From positions 2,666,001-2,730,000 of the forward strand of contig JASTWF010000034.1 of assembly GCA_030390025.1 (NCBI GenBank): a DNA stretch of 64,000 bases, in the 5' to 3' direction. A model generated the notes under the pieces. That model was given only the letters and a program-made list of their open reading frames with translations. It searched no databases and was not told where the DNA came from. The DNA comes from Squalus acanthias (lineage: Eukaryota). The stretch's first letter is position 1. Every line of letters begins with the position of its first letter. Made by a program: the position numbers and the translations under genes. Shown here in pieces: positions 10,034-25,000 of the stretch.

Positions 10034-12238
10034 AATCATAGAATCGTAGAAGATAGGAGCAGGAGTAGGCCATTCGGCCCCTCGAGCCTGCTCCGCCATT
10101 CAATGAGATCATGGATCATCATTCAAATTCAGTACCCTGTCCCTGCCTTCTCCCCATATCCCTTGATCCCTTTAGCCTTAAGAAATATATCTAACTCCTT
10201 CTGTGGTAGAGAATTCCACAGGTTCACCACTCTTTGGTTGAAGAAATTCCTCCTCATCGCTGTCCTAAATGGCTTACTTATTATCCTTAGACTGTGACCC
10301 CTGGTTCTGGAAACCCCGGCCATCGGGAACATCCTTCCTGCATCTAGTCTGTCTAGTCCTGTTAGAATTTTATAAGTTTCAATGATCTCCCTCTAATTCT
10401 TGTAAACTCCATCGAGTATAAGCCCAATCGACGCAATCTCTCATCATACGTCATTCCTGCCATCCCAGGTATCAGTCTGGTGAATCTTCGCTGCACTCCC
10501 TCCATGGCAAGAACATATTTCCTCAGATAAGGCGAACAAAACTGCAAACAATACTCAAGATGTGGTCTCACCAAGGCTCTGTACAACTGCAGCAAGACAT
10601 CCTTGTTCCAGTACTCGTACCCTCTCGCTACGAAGGCCAACATACCATTTGACTTCTTAACCGCATGCTGCACCTGCATGCTGACCTTCAGCGACTGGTG
10701 CACAAGGACTCCCAGGTCTTGTTGCACTTCCCCTTCTCCCAATCTATTGCCGTTCAGATAATAACCTGTCTTCCTGTTTTTGCCACCAAAGTGGATAACC
10801 TCGCGATTATCCACATTGCACTGCATTTGGCATGCAGCTGCCCAATCACCCAACCTATCCAATACATATTGGAGTTTCTCGGCATCCTCCTCAGAGCACA
10901 CACGCCCACCCAACATTGTGTCGTCTGCAAACTTGGAGATATTACATCTAGTTCCCTCGTCTAGATCATTAATATATATTGTGAATAGCTGGGTTACTAG
11001 GACCGATCCCTGCGGTACCCCACTAGTCACTGCCTGCCACTCGGAAAAAGACACGTTCATCCAACTCTTTGCTTCCTGTCTGCCAAACAGTTCTCTATCC
11101 AAGTCAGTACCCTGCCCCCAATCCCATGTGCCTCAACTTGACACGCTAATCTGTTATGCAGGACATTTTCGAAAGCCTTCTGAAATTCCAAATACACATC
11201 ATCCACTGATTCTCCCTTATCTATTTTACCAGTTACATCCTCAAAAAATTCCAGTAGATTAGTCAAGCACGATTTACCTTTTGTAATTCCATGTTGACTT
11301 TGACCGATCCTGTCACTGTTTTCCAAGTGCACTGCTATTACATCTTTTATAATGGTCTCTAGCATTTTCCCCACTGCCGATGTCAGGCTTACTGGTCTAA
11401 AATTCCCCGTTTTCTCTCTACGACCTTTTTTGAATAGTGAGGTAACATTAGCTACCCTCCAATCCATGGGAACTGCTCCAGAGACTATAGAATTTTGGAA
11501 GATGAGCAGCAATGCATCTACTATTTCTAGGGCCACTGCCTTAAGCACCCTAGGTTGTAGATTATCAGGCCCTGGGAATTTATCGGCCTTCAATCCCGTC
11601 AATTTCCCTAACACCATTTCCCTACAAATACTTATTTCTTTCAGTTCCTCCCTCTCATTCGACCCTATGTTCTCTGACATCTCTGGGAGGTTATTTGTGT
11701 CCTCCTTTGTGAAGACAGAACCAAAGTATGTATTTAATTGGCCTGCCATTTCTTTGTTCCCCATTATAAATTCCCCTGATTCTGACTGCAAGGTGCCTAC
11801 GCTTGACTTCACCAATCTTTTTCTCTTCACATATCTATAGACGCTTTTACAGTCAGTTTTTATGTTCACTGAAATCTTACTCTCATACTCTATTTTCCCC
11901 CTCTTAATTAATCACTTTGTCCTCCTTTGCTGAATCCTAAACTGCTCCCAATCCTCAGGTTTGCTGCTTTTTCTTGCCAATATAAATGTCCTCTCTTGGA
12001 TCTTATGCTATCCCTAATTTCCCTTGTAAGCCACGTTTGATTCACATTTTTTGTTTTATTTTTATGCCAAACAGGGATGAACAAATTCTGTAGTTCATCC
12101 ATGCGATCTTTAAATGTTTGCCATTGCCTATCCACCGTCAACCCTTTGAGTAACATTCCCCAATCAATCCTTCCCAATTCGCACGTCATACCATCGTAGT
12201 ATCCTTTATTTAAATTCAGGACCCAGTCTCGAATCGAC
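10034..12238 (-). mobile_element. 5'-truncated CR1/HER1-like LINE (~2.2 kb) inserted in satellite
   Basis: ORFs 11908..12291, 11057..11869, 10362..11102 and 10129..10332 (-) give RT motifs GVPQGSVL, FADD and LVRPHLEYC. 3' UTR and (ATAGAATC)-type tail at 10034. The satellite monomer resumes in phase. Confidence 0.95.
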
Positions 12239-15200
12239 ACCAGGGAGTAAAATAACTGTGAATTGTTAATTTGACAAGATTTCCCCTGCACTGGGGAATA
12301 AATTTACAGTTAATTTTTCATTTTACATGATATCTTTACAATGTGGAATAAAGTTACACCTAATTGTTATTTGACATGATACCCTCTGCACCAGGAAATA
12401 AAGTTACAGTGAATTTTTAATTTGACATGATACCCTCTACAGCGGGGAATACATTTAAAGTTAATCGTTAATTTAGACATGATGCCGTCTACACCAGGGA
12501 ATAAAGTTACAGTTAATTGTTAATTTGACATGACATCCTCTACATCGGGGAATAAAGTTACAGTTTATTGTTAATTTGTCATGATACCATCTACACCAGG
12601 GAATAAAGCAACAGTTAATTTTTAATTTGACATTTATCCTGCACACTGGAAAATAAATGAATAGCTAATTGTTAATTTGCCATGATACACTCTACACCTG
12701 GGAATAAAGTTACAATTAATTGTTAATTTGACATAATACCCTCTACACCAGGGATAAAGTTACAGTTAATTTTTAATTTGACATGATACCCTCTGCACCA
12801 GGCAATAAAATTACAGTTAATATTAAATTTGACATAATACCCTCTACACCAGGGGGAATAAAGCAACAGTTAATTGTAAAATTGATTTGATACCCTTTAC
12901 ACCAGGGCATAAAATAATAGTTAATTTTTAATTTGGCAAGATATTCACTACAATGGAGAATAAAGTTATAGTTAATTGTTAATTTAACATGATACCATTT
13001 ACACTGTGGAACAAATTTACAGTTTTTTAAAATGATAATGGATACCCTCTACACGGGGGAATAAAGCTACCGTGAATGTTTAATTTGACATGATACCCGC
13101 TACACCGGGGAAAAAAGTTCCAGTTAATTGGAATTTAGACATGATACCCTCTACACCGAGGAATAAAGTTACAGTTAATTGTCAATTTTGGAATGATATC
13201 CTCTACACCAGAGAATAAAGTTACAGTTTATTTTTAATTTGACATGATACCCTGTACAATAGAGAATAAAATTATAGTTAATTTTTAATTTGACATAATA
13301 TCCTCTACCCTGGAGAATAAAGTTAATTTAACTATTAATTTGACATGATATCCTCTACACTGGGGATAAAAGTTACAGTTCATTGTTAATTTAGACATGA
13401 TTCCCTCTACACCGGGGAATATAGTAACAGTTAATTATTAATTTGACAAGATACACTCTACAACAGGGAATAAAGTTACAGTTCATTGTTAATTAAACAT
13501 TTTACCATCCACAACGGGGAATAATCTTTCAGTTAATTGTTAATTTGACAAGATATCCTCTACACTGATTAATAAAGTTACAGTTAATTGATAATTTAGA
13601 CATAGTATCCTCTACACCAGAGAACAAAGTTACAGTTCATTTTAAATTTATACATTTTACCATCTACAACGGGAATAAAGTAACAGTTAATTGTTAATTT
13701 GACATGATACCGTCTACACCGCGGAATGAAGTTACAGTTGATTGTAAATTTGACATGATACCCGGTACACCAGGTAATAAAGTTACAGTTAATTGTTAAT
13801 TTGATATGATACCCTCTACACCAGGTAATACATTTACAGTTAATAGTTAATTTGACATGATATCCTCTCACCAGAAAGAAAGTTAGAGTTAATTGTTAAT
13901 TTGACATGATGCCCTCTACACCGGGGAATAATGTTACAGTTAATTGTTAATTTGACATGATACACTCTACACCAGGGAATAAAGTTGCAATTCATTGTTA
14001 ATTTAGAAATGGTTCCCTCTACGCCGGGGTATAATGTAACAGTTAATTGGTAATTTTACATGATACTCTCTAGACCGGGGAATAAAAATTACAGTTAATT
14101 GCTAAATTGACATGATACCCTCTACACTAGGGAATAAAGGTAAAGTAAATTGTTAATTTGGAATGGTACCCACTTCACCGGGAAATAAATTAACAGTCAA
14201 TTGATAAATTAGTCATGATATCATCTGCACCGGGGAATAAATTTTCAGTTAAATGTTAATTTGACATGATTCCCTCTACAGCGGGCAATAAGGATACAGT
14301 TAAATGTTAATTGAACATGATGCCCTCTACAACGTGTAACAAAGTTGCAGTTAATTGTCAATTCAGACATGATTCCCTATACACAGTGGAATAAAGTTAG
14401 AGTTAATTATTAATTTGAGATGATACACTCTACACCAGGGAATAAAGTTACAGTTCATTGTTAATTGAGACATGATACCCTCTACACTGTGGAATAAAGT
14501 AACAGTTAATTGTTAATTTAGATATGATATCCTCTACACCAGAGAATAAAGTTACAGTTAATTATTAATTTGACATGATATCCTTTACACCGGGGAATAA
14601 AGTTACAGTTAATTGTTAATTTGACATGAAATCCTCTACACCGGAGAAAAAAGATCTAGTTAATTGATAATTTAGACATGATACCCTCGACACCAGAGAA
14701 TAATGTTATAGTTAATTGTTTATTTTTGAAATGATACCCTCTACACCGGGGAAAAAAGTTATAGTTAATTGTTAATTTGACATGATATCCTCATCGCCAG
14801 GGAATAAAGTTACAGTTAATTGTTAATTTGACATGATATCCTCTGCACCAGGGAAAAAAGTTACAATTAATTGTTAATTTAGACATAATACCCTGTACAC
14901 CAGCGAATAAAGTTACATTCAATTGTTAATTTTACATGATGCCCTCTACACCGGGGAATAAAGTTGCAATTAATTGTTAATTTGTCATGATGCCATCTAC
15001 ACCGCGGACTAAAGTTACAGTTAATTGTTAATTTGACCTGATACCCTCTACACCGGGGAAAAACTTAGAGGTCATTGTTAATTTGACATGATACCCACTG
15101 CACTGGGGAATAAATTTTAAGTTAATTTTTAATTTGTCATGAAAACCTCTACACTGGGAATAAAGTTACAGTTGATTGTTAATTTTACATGATGGCCACT

Positions 15201-18039
15201 ACACTGGGGAATAATGTTACTGTCAATTATTTTAAGACATGATAACCTCTACACCAGGGAATAAAGTTACAGTGAATTGTTAATTATAAATGATACCCTC
15301 TACACCGAGGAATAAAGTTATAGTTAATTTTTAATTTGACATGATACACTCTACACCAGGGAATAAAGTTACAGTTAATTGTTAATTTATACATGATACG
15401 CTCTCCAACGGGGAATTAAAATTACACTAATTTGTTAATTTCGACAAGATGCCCTCTACATTGGTGAATAAAGTTAAAGTTAATTTTTATTTAGTCATGA
15501 TACTCTCTAAACCGGGATATAAAGTTACAGTTAATTTTTAATTTAGACATGATACCTTCTGGAAAGGGGAATAATGTTACATTTAATTGTTAACTTAGAA
15601 ATGATACCCTCTATACCGAAGAATAAATTTACAGTTAATTGTTAATTTGCCATTATGCCCTCGACACCAGTGAATAAAGTTACAGTTAATTGTTCATTTG
15701 CCATTATGTCCTCTGCACCGGGGAATAAAGTTACAGTTAATTGTTAATTTAGACATGACACCTTCTACACAGGGGAATAAAGTTACAGATAATGTTAATT
15801 TAGAGAGTATTCCCTCTAAATCGGGGAATATAGTTACAGTTAATTGTTAATTTAGGCATGATTCCTTCTACATCGTGGAATAAAGTTACAGTTAATTTTT
15901 AACTTGACATGATAACCTCTACAACAGTGAATATAGTTGCACTTAACATTTAATTTCACATGATGCCCTCTACAACGGAGAATAACGTTGCATTTAACAT
16001 TTAATTTAGACATGATTCCCTCCACACCGGGGAACAGATTTACAGTTAATTGCTAATTTTGACATGATGCCCTCGAAACCGGGGAAAAAAGTTACTGTTA
16101 ATTGCTAATTGAGACATCAGGCCCTCTACTCCGGGGAATAAAGTTACACATAATAGTTAATTTAGAAATGATTCCCTGCACACCGGGGATAAAGTTTGAG
16201 TCAATTGCTAATTTTGTCATGATACCCTCTACACTGTGGAATAATTTTACAGTTGATTGATAATATTGACTTGTAGCCCTCTACACCGGGGACTAAAGTT
16301 ACAGTTAATTGTTAATTTGACATGATACCATTTACATGGGGGAATAAAGTTAGAGCTAATTGTTAAATTGACATGATGCCCACTACACTGGGAAATACAT
16401 TTAAAGTTAATGTATAATTTGTAATGAAAACCTTTACACTGGGGAATAAAGTTACAGTTGATTCTTAATTTTACATGATAACCTCTACACCGGGGAATAA
16501 AGTTAGAGTGAATTGTTAATTTAGACATGATTCCCGCTACACTGGGAAATGAAGTTACAAGTAATTGTTAATTTGACATGATGCCCACTACACTGGGGCA
16601 TAAAATTAAAGTTAATTTTTAATTTGTAATGAAAGCCTCTACAATTGGAAATAAAGTTACAGTTAATTGTTAATTTAGACATGATACACTCCAAACCGGG
16701 AAATATAGTTACAGATAATTGTTAATTTAGACATGATTCTTTCTACAAAGAGGAATAAAGTTAAATTTAATTGTTAATTTTGGCATGATTCCCTCCACAC
16801 CGGGGAATATAGTTACACTTAATTGCTAATTTTGACATGATGCGCTCTACACCGGGAAATAAAGTTACAGTGAATTGTTAATTGAGAGATAATGCCCTCT
16901 ACACTGGGGAATAAGGTTAGAGTTAATTGTTAATTTGACATGATGCCCACTACACTGAAGAATAAATTTAAGGTTAATTTTTAATTTGTCATGAAAATAT
17001 CTACACTGGGGAAAAAAGTTTCAGTTGATTGTTAATTTTACATGATACCGTATACACTGGGGAATAATGTTACAGTCAAGTCTTTCAAAGACATGATAAC
17101 CTCTACCCCCGGGAATAAAGTTACAGTTAATTGTTAATTAGACATGATGCCCTCTACACCGGGGAATAAAGTTACAGTGAATTGTTAACTTAGAAATGAT
17201 TCCCTCTAAACTGGGGAATAAAGTCAGAGTTAATTTTTAATTTGACATGATACACTCTACACCAGGGAATAAAATTACAGTTAATTGTTAATTTAGACAT
17301 GATACGCTCTACAATGAGGAATTAAAATAACACTTAATTTTTAATTTGACATGATGCCCTCTACACCGGGGAATAAATTTTCAGTTAATTGTTAATTTCG
17401 ACAGGATGCCCTCTACTTTGGTGAATAAAGATACAGTTAATTTTTAATTTAGACATGATACCTTCTACACTGGGGAATAAAGTTAAAGTTAATTTTTAGT
17501 TTGTCATGATAACCTCTACACTGGGGAATAAAGATATAGTTGACTGTTAATTTGACATGATATCCTCTAAACCGGGGAATAAAGTTACAGTCAATTGTTA
17601 ATTTAGAAATGATACCCTCTACATTGGTGTAATAAATTTCCGATCAATTTTTAATTTGACATGGTACGCCCTACACCGGGTAATAAATTTACAGTAATTT
17701 GTTAACTAAAACATGATACCCTCTACACCGGGGAATAAACTTACAGTTAATTGTTAATTTGACATAATTCACACTACACCAGGAATAAAGTTACAGTGAA
17801 TTGTTAATTTCGACATATTTCCCTCTACACGGGGGGAAAAAGTTACACGTAATTGTTAATTTGACATGATGCCCTTTACACTGGGGAATAAAGTTACAGT
17901 TGATTGTTAATTTAGACATGAAACCCTCTGCACTGGGGAATAAAGATACAGTTAATTGTTAATTTAGACATGATACCCTCCAAACCGAGGAATAAAGTTA
18001 CATGTAATTGTTAATTTAGACATGATTCCCTCCACAGCA

Positions 18040-18468
18040 GGGCAACACGGTGGCATAGTGGTTAGCACTGGTGCCTCACAGCGCCAGAGACCCGGGTTCG
18101 AATCTGACCTCGGGTGACTGTCTGTGTGGAGTTTGCACATTCTCCCCGTGTCTGCGTGGGTTTCCTCCGGGTGCTCCGGTTTCCTCCCACAGTCCAAAAA
18201 TGTGTGGGTTAGGTTGATTTGGCTATGATAAATTGACCCTTAGTGTTAGGGGGGATTAAATATGTGGGGTAATGGGGATAGGATGGGATATGTTAGGGGG
18301 AATTAAATACGTGGGGTTACGGGGGTAGGGTGGGATATGTGTGCTGTGGGGATTGAAGCAGGGACAGGGTACTGGATTTGGATGATCAGCCATGATCGTA
18401 TTGAATGGCGGAGCAGGCTCGACGGGCCGAATGGCCTACTCCTGCTCCTAGATTCTATATGTTTCTAT
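18040..18468 (+). mobile_element. HE1-type SINE (tRNA-derived head, V-domain, CR1-derived tail)
   Basis: A box TGGCATAGTGG (18051-18061), B box GGTTCGAATC (18095-18104), V-SINE core TGTGTGGAGTTTGCACATTCTCCCCGTGTCTGCGTGGGTTTCCTCCGGGTGCTCCGGTTTCCTCCCAC, and a 3' ~110 bp matching the local CR1 3' UTR. Confidence 0.92.
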
Positions 18469-19099
18469 ACTTACAGGTAATTGCTAATTTTGACATGATG
18501 CGCTCTACACCGGGGAATAAAGTTACTGTTAATTTTTAATTTAGACATGATACCCTGTATACCGGGGAATAAAGTTAAAGTTAATTGTTAATTTGACATG
18601 ATGCCCACTACACCTGATAAAAAAGTTATAGTTAATTGTGAAATGCGACATGATGCCCTCTACACTGGGGAATATACTTACAGTTAATTGTTAATTTGAC
18701 ACGATTCACTCGACATCAGGGGATAAAGTTACAGTTAAATGTTAATTTAGACATGATTCCCTGCACACCAGGGAATAAAGTTTCAGTCAATTGCTAATTT
18801 TGACATGATTCCCTCTTGACTGTGGGATAATGTTACAGTTAATTGTTAATTTTGACATGAAGCCCTCTACACCGGGGACTAAAGTTACAGTTAATTGTTA
18901 ATTTGACATGATGACCACTACACTGGGGAACAAATTTAAAGTTAATTTTTAATTTGTAATGAACACCTCTACACTGGGGAATAAAGGTACAGTGAAATGT
19001 TAATTTAGGCATGTTTCGCTCTACACCTGGAAATGAAGTTACATGTAATTGTTAATTTGACATGAAACCCTCTGCACTGGGGAATAATGTTACAGTTAA

Positions 19100-22000
19100 T
19101 TGTTAATTTAGACATGAAACCCTCTACACTGAGGAATAAAGTTACTTTTAATTGTTAATATTGATAAGAGTCCCTCCACAACGTGGAATATAGTCACAGT
19201 TAACTGTTAATTTGACATGATGCCCTCTACACCGGGAAATACAGCTACAGTTAATTGGTAATTGAGACATGATGACCTCTACACCAGGGTAACGTTACAG
19301 TTAATTGTTACATTAGACATGATACCCTGTATACGGGGGAATAAAGTTACAGTTAGTTGTTCATTTGACATAATGCATTCTACATCGGGGAATAAGGTTA
19401 GAGTTAATTGTTAATTTGACCTGATGCCCAGTACACTGGGGAAAAAAATTACAGATGATTGTTAATTTTACATGATACCCTCTACACTGGGGAATAATGT
19501 TAGAGTCAAATCTTTCAAAGACATGATAACCTCTAAAACGGGGAATAAAGTTGAAGTAAATTGCTAATTTAGACATGATACCCTCTACACCTGTGAATGC
19601 AGTTAAAGTTAATTGTTTGTTTGACATAATACCCTCTATACCGGGGAATGAAGTTACAGTTAATTGTTAATTTGACATGATGCCCTCTACAGCGGGAATA
19701 ACGTTACAGCTAATTGTTAATTTAGATATGATACGCTCTACAACGGGGAATTAAAATTACAGTTCATTGTTAATTTGACAGGGTGCCCACGACACTGGGG
19801 AATAAAGTTAAAGTTAATTGTTAATTTGTCATGACACCCTCTCCACTGGGGAATAAAGTTACAGTAAATTGTTAATTTAGACATGGAACCCTCTACACAG
19901 GCAATAAAGTTAGAGTAAAATGTTAATTTGACAGGTTGCACTCTACACCAGGCAATAAAGTTACATTGAATTGTTAATTTAGACATGAATCCCGCTATTC
20001 CAGGGAATGAAGTAACAGTTAATTGTTAATTTGACATGAGGCCCTCGACACCGGGAATAAAGTTACAGTTAATTGTTAATTTATAAATGATTCCCTCTAA
20101 ACCTGGGAATACGGTTACAGTTAATTGTTAATTTAGACATGATACCCTCTACACGGGGGAATTAAAAGTACAGATAATTGTTTATTTGACATGAAGACTT
20201 TCTACACCGGGGAATAAAGTTACAGTTAATTTTTAATTTGACAGGATGCACTCTACTCCAGGGAATAAAGTTACATTGAATTGTTAATTTAGACATGAAT
20301 CCCGCTATTCCTGGGAATACGGTTACAGTTAATTGTTAATTTAGACATGATACCCTCTACACCGTGGAATTAAAATTACAGATAATTGTTTATTTGACAT
20401 GAAGCCTGTCTACACCGGGGAATAACATTACAGTTAATTGTTAATTTGACATGATACCCTCTACAACGGGAAATTAAAAATAGAATTCAGTGTTAATTTG
20501 ACATGATGCCCTCTACAACGGGGAATAAAGTTACAGTTCGCTCTTAATGTAGACATGATACCCTCAACAACGGGGAATAACATTAAAAATAATTATTAAT
20601 TTGATACGATACCCTCTTCACCAGGCTATAAAGTTACAGTTAATTGTTAATTTAGACATGATATCCTCTACACCGGGGAATAATGTTACAGTTAATGTAA
20701 TATATTTACAGTTAATTGCAAGTTTTGACATGATGCCCTCTACACTGTGGAATAACGTTACAGTTAATTGTTAATTTTGACATGAAGCCCTCTACACCGG
20801 GGACTAAAGTTACAGTTAATTGCAAATTTCACATGATACCCTCTACATCGGGGAATAAGGTTAGAGTTAATTGTTAATTTGACATGATGCCCACTACACT
20901 GGGGAATAAATTTAAAGTTAATTTTTAATTTGTCATGAAAACCTCTACACTCGGGAATAAAGTTACAGTTGATTCTTAATTTTACATGATACCCTCTACT
21001 ACGGGGAATAAAGGAACAGTGAAATGTTAATTTAGACATGTTTCCCTCTACACTGGGGAATAAAGTGACAGTTAATTGTTAATTTAGACATGAAACCCTC
21101 TACACTGGGGAAAAAACTTACACTTAATTGTTAATTTAGACAATAAACCCGCTACACTGGGGAATAAAATTACAGTTAATTGTTAAATTAGACATGATAA
21201 CCTCCAAACTGGGGAATATAGTTATAGTTAATTGTTAATTTGACATGAAACCCTCTACACTGGGGAATACATTTAAAGTTGTTTTTTAATTTGTAATGAA
21301 AACCTCTACACTGGGGAATAAAGTTACAGTTGATTCTTAATTTTACATGATACCCTTTACACCGGGGAATAAAGGTACAGTGAAATGTTAATTTAGACAT
21401 GTTTCCCTCTACACTGGGGCATAAAGTTACAGTTAATTGTTAATTTGACATGATGCCCACTACACTGGGGAATAAAGTTACAGTTAATTGTTAATTTAGA
21501 CATGAAACCCTCTACACTGGGGAATAAAGTTACAGTTAATTGTTAAATTAGACATGATAACCTCCAAACCGTGGAATATAGTTATAGTTAATTGTTAATT
21601 TAGACATGATACCTGCTACAAAGTGGAATAAAGTTACATTTAATTGTTAATTTTGATATGATTCCCTCCACACCGGGGAATATAGTTACCGTTAATTGCG
21701 AATTTTGACATAATGCGCTCTACACCGGGAAATAAAGCTACAGTTAATTGTTAATTGAGACATGATGACCTCTACACCAGGGAATAAAGTTACAGTTTAT
21801 TGTTAATTTGACAAGATGCCCTCGACACCAGGGAATAAGGTTAGAGTTAATTATTAATTTGACATAATGCCCAATACACTGGGGAATAAATTGAAAGTAA
21901 TTTTTTAATTTGTCATGAAAATATCTACACTGAGAAAAAACGTTACAGTTGATTGTTAATTTTACATGATTCCCTCTACAATGGGGAATAATGTGGCAGT

Positions 22001-25000
22001 CAAGTCTTTCAAAGACATGATAACCTCTACACCGGGGAATAAAGTTACAGTTAATTGTTACATTAGACATGATACCCTGTATACGGGGGAATAAAGTTAC
22101 AGTTAATTGTTCAGTTGACATTATGCACTCTACACCGGGGAATAAGGTTAGAGTTAATTGTTAATTTGACATGATGCCCACTACACTGGGGAATAAATTT
22201 AAAGTTAATTTTTAATTTGTCATGAAAATATCTACAATGGGGAAAAATGTTACAGATGATTGTTAATTTTACATGATACCCTCTACACTGGGGAATAATG
22301 TTAGAGTCAAATCATTCAAAGACATGATAACCTCTAAAACGGGAAATAAAGTTGCAGTAAATTGCTAATTTAGACATAATACCCTCTACACCTGTGAATG
22401 CAGTTAAAGTTAATTGTTTGTTTGACATAATACCCTCTATACCGGGGAATGAAGTTACAGTTAATTGTTAATTTGACATGATGCCCTCTACAGCGGGAAT
22501 AACGTTACAGTTAATTGTTAATTTAGATATGATACGCTCTACAACGGGGAATTAAAATTACAGTTCATTGTTAATTTGACAGGGTGCCCACCACACTGGG
22601 GAATAAAGTTAAAGTTAATTGTTAATTTGTCATGACACCCTCTCCACTGGGGAATAAAGTTACAGTTGATTGTGAATTTGACATGGTACCCTGTACAAGG
22701 GGGTATACTGTAAGAGTCAATTGTTTAGAAGACTTGGTATGGCGAGAAAGCAGGAATGCGGTACTGAGGTACCATGTTCAGCCATGAACGCATTGAATGG
22801 CGGTGCAGGCTCGAAGGACCGAATGGTCTACTCCTGTACCTATTTTCTATGTCTATGTTTCTATATACACCGGGGAATAAAGTTACAGTAAATTGTAAAT
22901 TTAGACATGGAACTCTCTACACCGGGGAATAAAGTTACAGTTAAATGTTAATTTGACAGGATGCACTCTACACCAGGCAATAAAGTTACATTGAATTGTT
23001 AATTTAGACATGAATCCCGCTATTCCAGGGAATGAAGTAACAGTTAATTGTTAATTTGACATGATGCCCTCGACAACGGGAATAAAGTTACAGTTAATTG
23101 TTAATTTAGAAATGATTCCCTCTAAACCTGGGAATACGGTTACAGTTAATTGTTAATTTAGACATGATGCCCTCTACACAGGGGAATTAAAATTACAGAT
23201 AATTGTTTATTTGACATGAAGACTTTCTACACCGGGGAATAAAGTTACAGTTAATTGTTAATTTGACATGATACCCTCTCCACTGGGGAATAAAGTTACA
23301 GTAAATTGTTAATTTAGACATGGAACCCTCTACACAGGCCATAAAGTTACAGTTAAATGTTAATTTGACAGGATGCACTCTACACCAGGGAATAAAGTTA
23401 CATTGAATTGTGAATTTAGACATGAATCCCGCTATTCCAGGGAATGAAGTTACAGTTGATTGTTAATTTGACATGATGCCCTCTACACCGGGAATAAAGT
23501 TACAGTTAATTGTTAATTTAGAAATGATTCACTCTAAACCAGGGAATACGGTTACAGTTAATTGTTAATTTAGACATGATACCCTCTACACATTGAAATT
23601 AAAATGACAGATAATTGTTTATTTGAGATGAAGCCTGTCTACACCGTGGAATAACATTACAGTTAATTGTTAATTTGACATGATACCCTCTACAACGGGA
23701 AATTAAAATTAGAGTTAATTGTTAATTTGACATGATGCCCTCTGCAACGGGGAATAAAGTTACAGTTCACTCTTAATGTAGACATGATACCCTCTACACC
23801 GGGGAATAACATTAAAAATAATTATTAATTTGATACGATACCCTCTTCACCAGGCAATAAAGTTACAGTTAATTGTTAATTTAGACATGATATCTTCTAC
23901 ACCGGGGAATAATGTTACAGTTAATGGAATATATTTACAGTTAATTGCAAGTTTTGACATGATGCCCTATACAATGTGGAATAACGTTACAGTTAATTGT
24001 TAATTTTGACATGAAGCCCTCTACACCGGGGACTAAAGTTACAGTTAATAATTAATTTCACATGATACCCTCTACATCGGGGAATAAGGTTAGAGTTAAT
24101 TGTTAATTTGGCATGATGCCCACTACACTGGGGAATAAATTTAAAGTTAATTTTTAATTTGTCATGAAAACCTCTACACTCGGGAATAAAGTTACAGTTG
24201 ATTCTTAATTTTACATGATACCCTCTGCTACGGGGTATAAAGCTACAGTGAAATGTTAATTTAGACATGTTTCCCTCTACACTGGGGAATAAAGTTACAG
24301 TTAATTGTTAATTTAGACATGAAACCCTCTACACTGGGGAAAACATTCACAGTTAATTGTTAATTTAGACAATAAATCCGCTACACTGGGGAATAAAATT
24401 ACAGTTACTTGTTAAATTAGACATGATAACCTCCAAACCGGGGAATATAGTTATAGTTAATTGTTAATTTGACATGATACCCTCTACACAGGGGAATAAA
24501 TTTAAAGTTATTTTTTAATTTGTAATGAAAACCTCTACACTGGGGAATAAAGTTACAGTTGATTCTTATTTTACATGATAACCTTAACACCGGGGAATAA
24601 AGGTACAGTGAAATGTTAATTTAGACATGTTTCCCTCTACACTGGGGCATAAAGTTACAGTTAATTGTTAATTTGACATGATGCCCACTACACTGGGGAA
24701 TAAAGTTACAGTTAATTGTTAATTTAGACATGAAACCCTCTACACGGGGGAATAAAGTTGCAGTTAGTTGTTAAATTAGACATGATAACCTCCAAACCGG
24801 GGAATATAGTTATAGTTAATTGGTAATTTAGACATGATACTTTTACAAAGTGGAATAAAGTTACATTTAATTGTTAATTCTGATATGATTCGCTCCACAC
24901 CGGGGAATATAGTTACAGTTAATTGCGAATTTTGACATAATGCGCTCTACACCGGGAAATAAAGCTACAGTTAATTGTTAATTGAGACATGATGACCTCT

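Noticed and set aside
18040..18115. tRNA gene
   Set aside because: It is the tRNA-derived head of a SINE, continuing into the V-domain and LINE tail.
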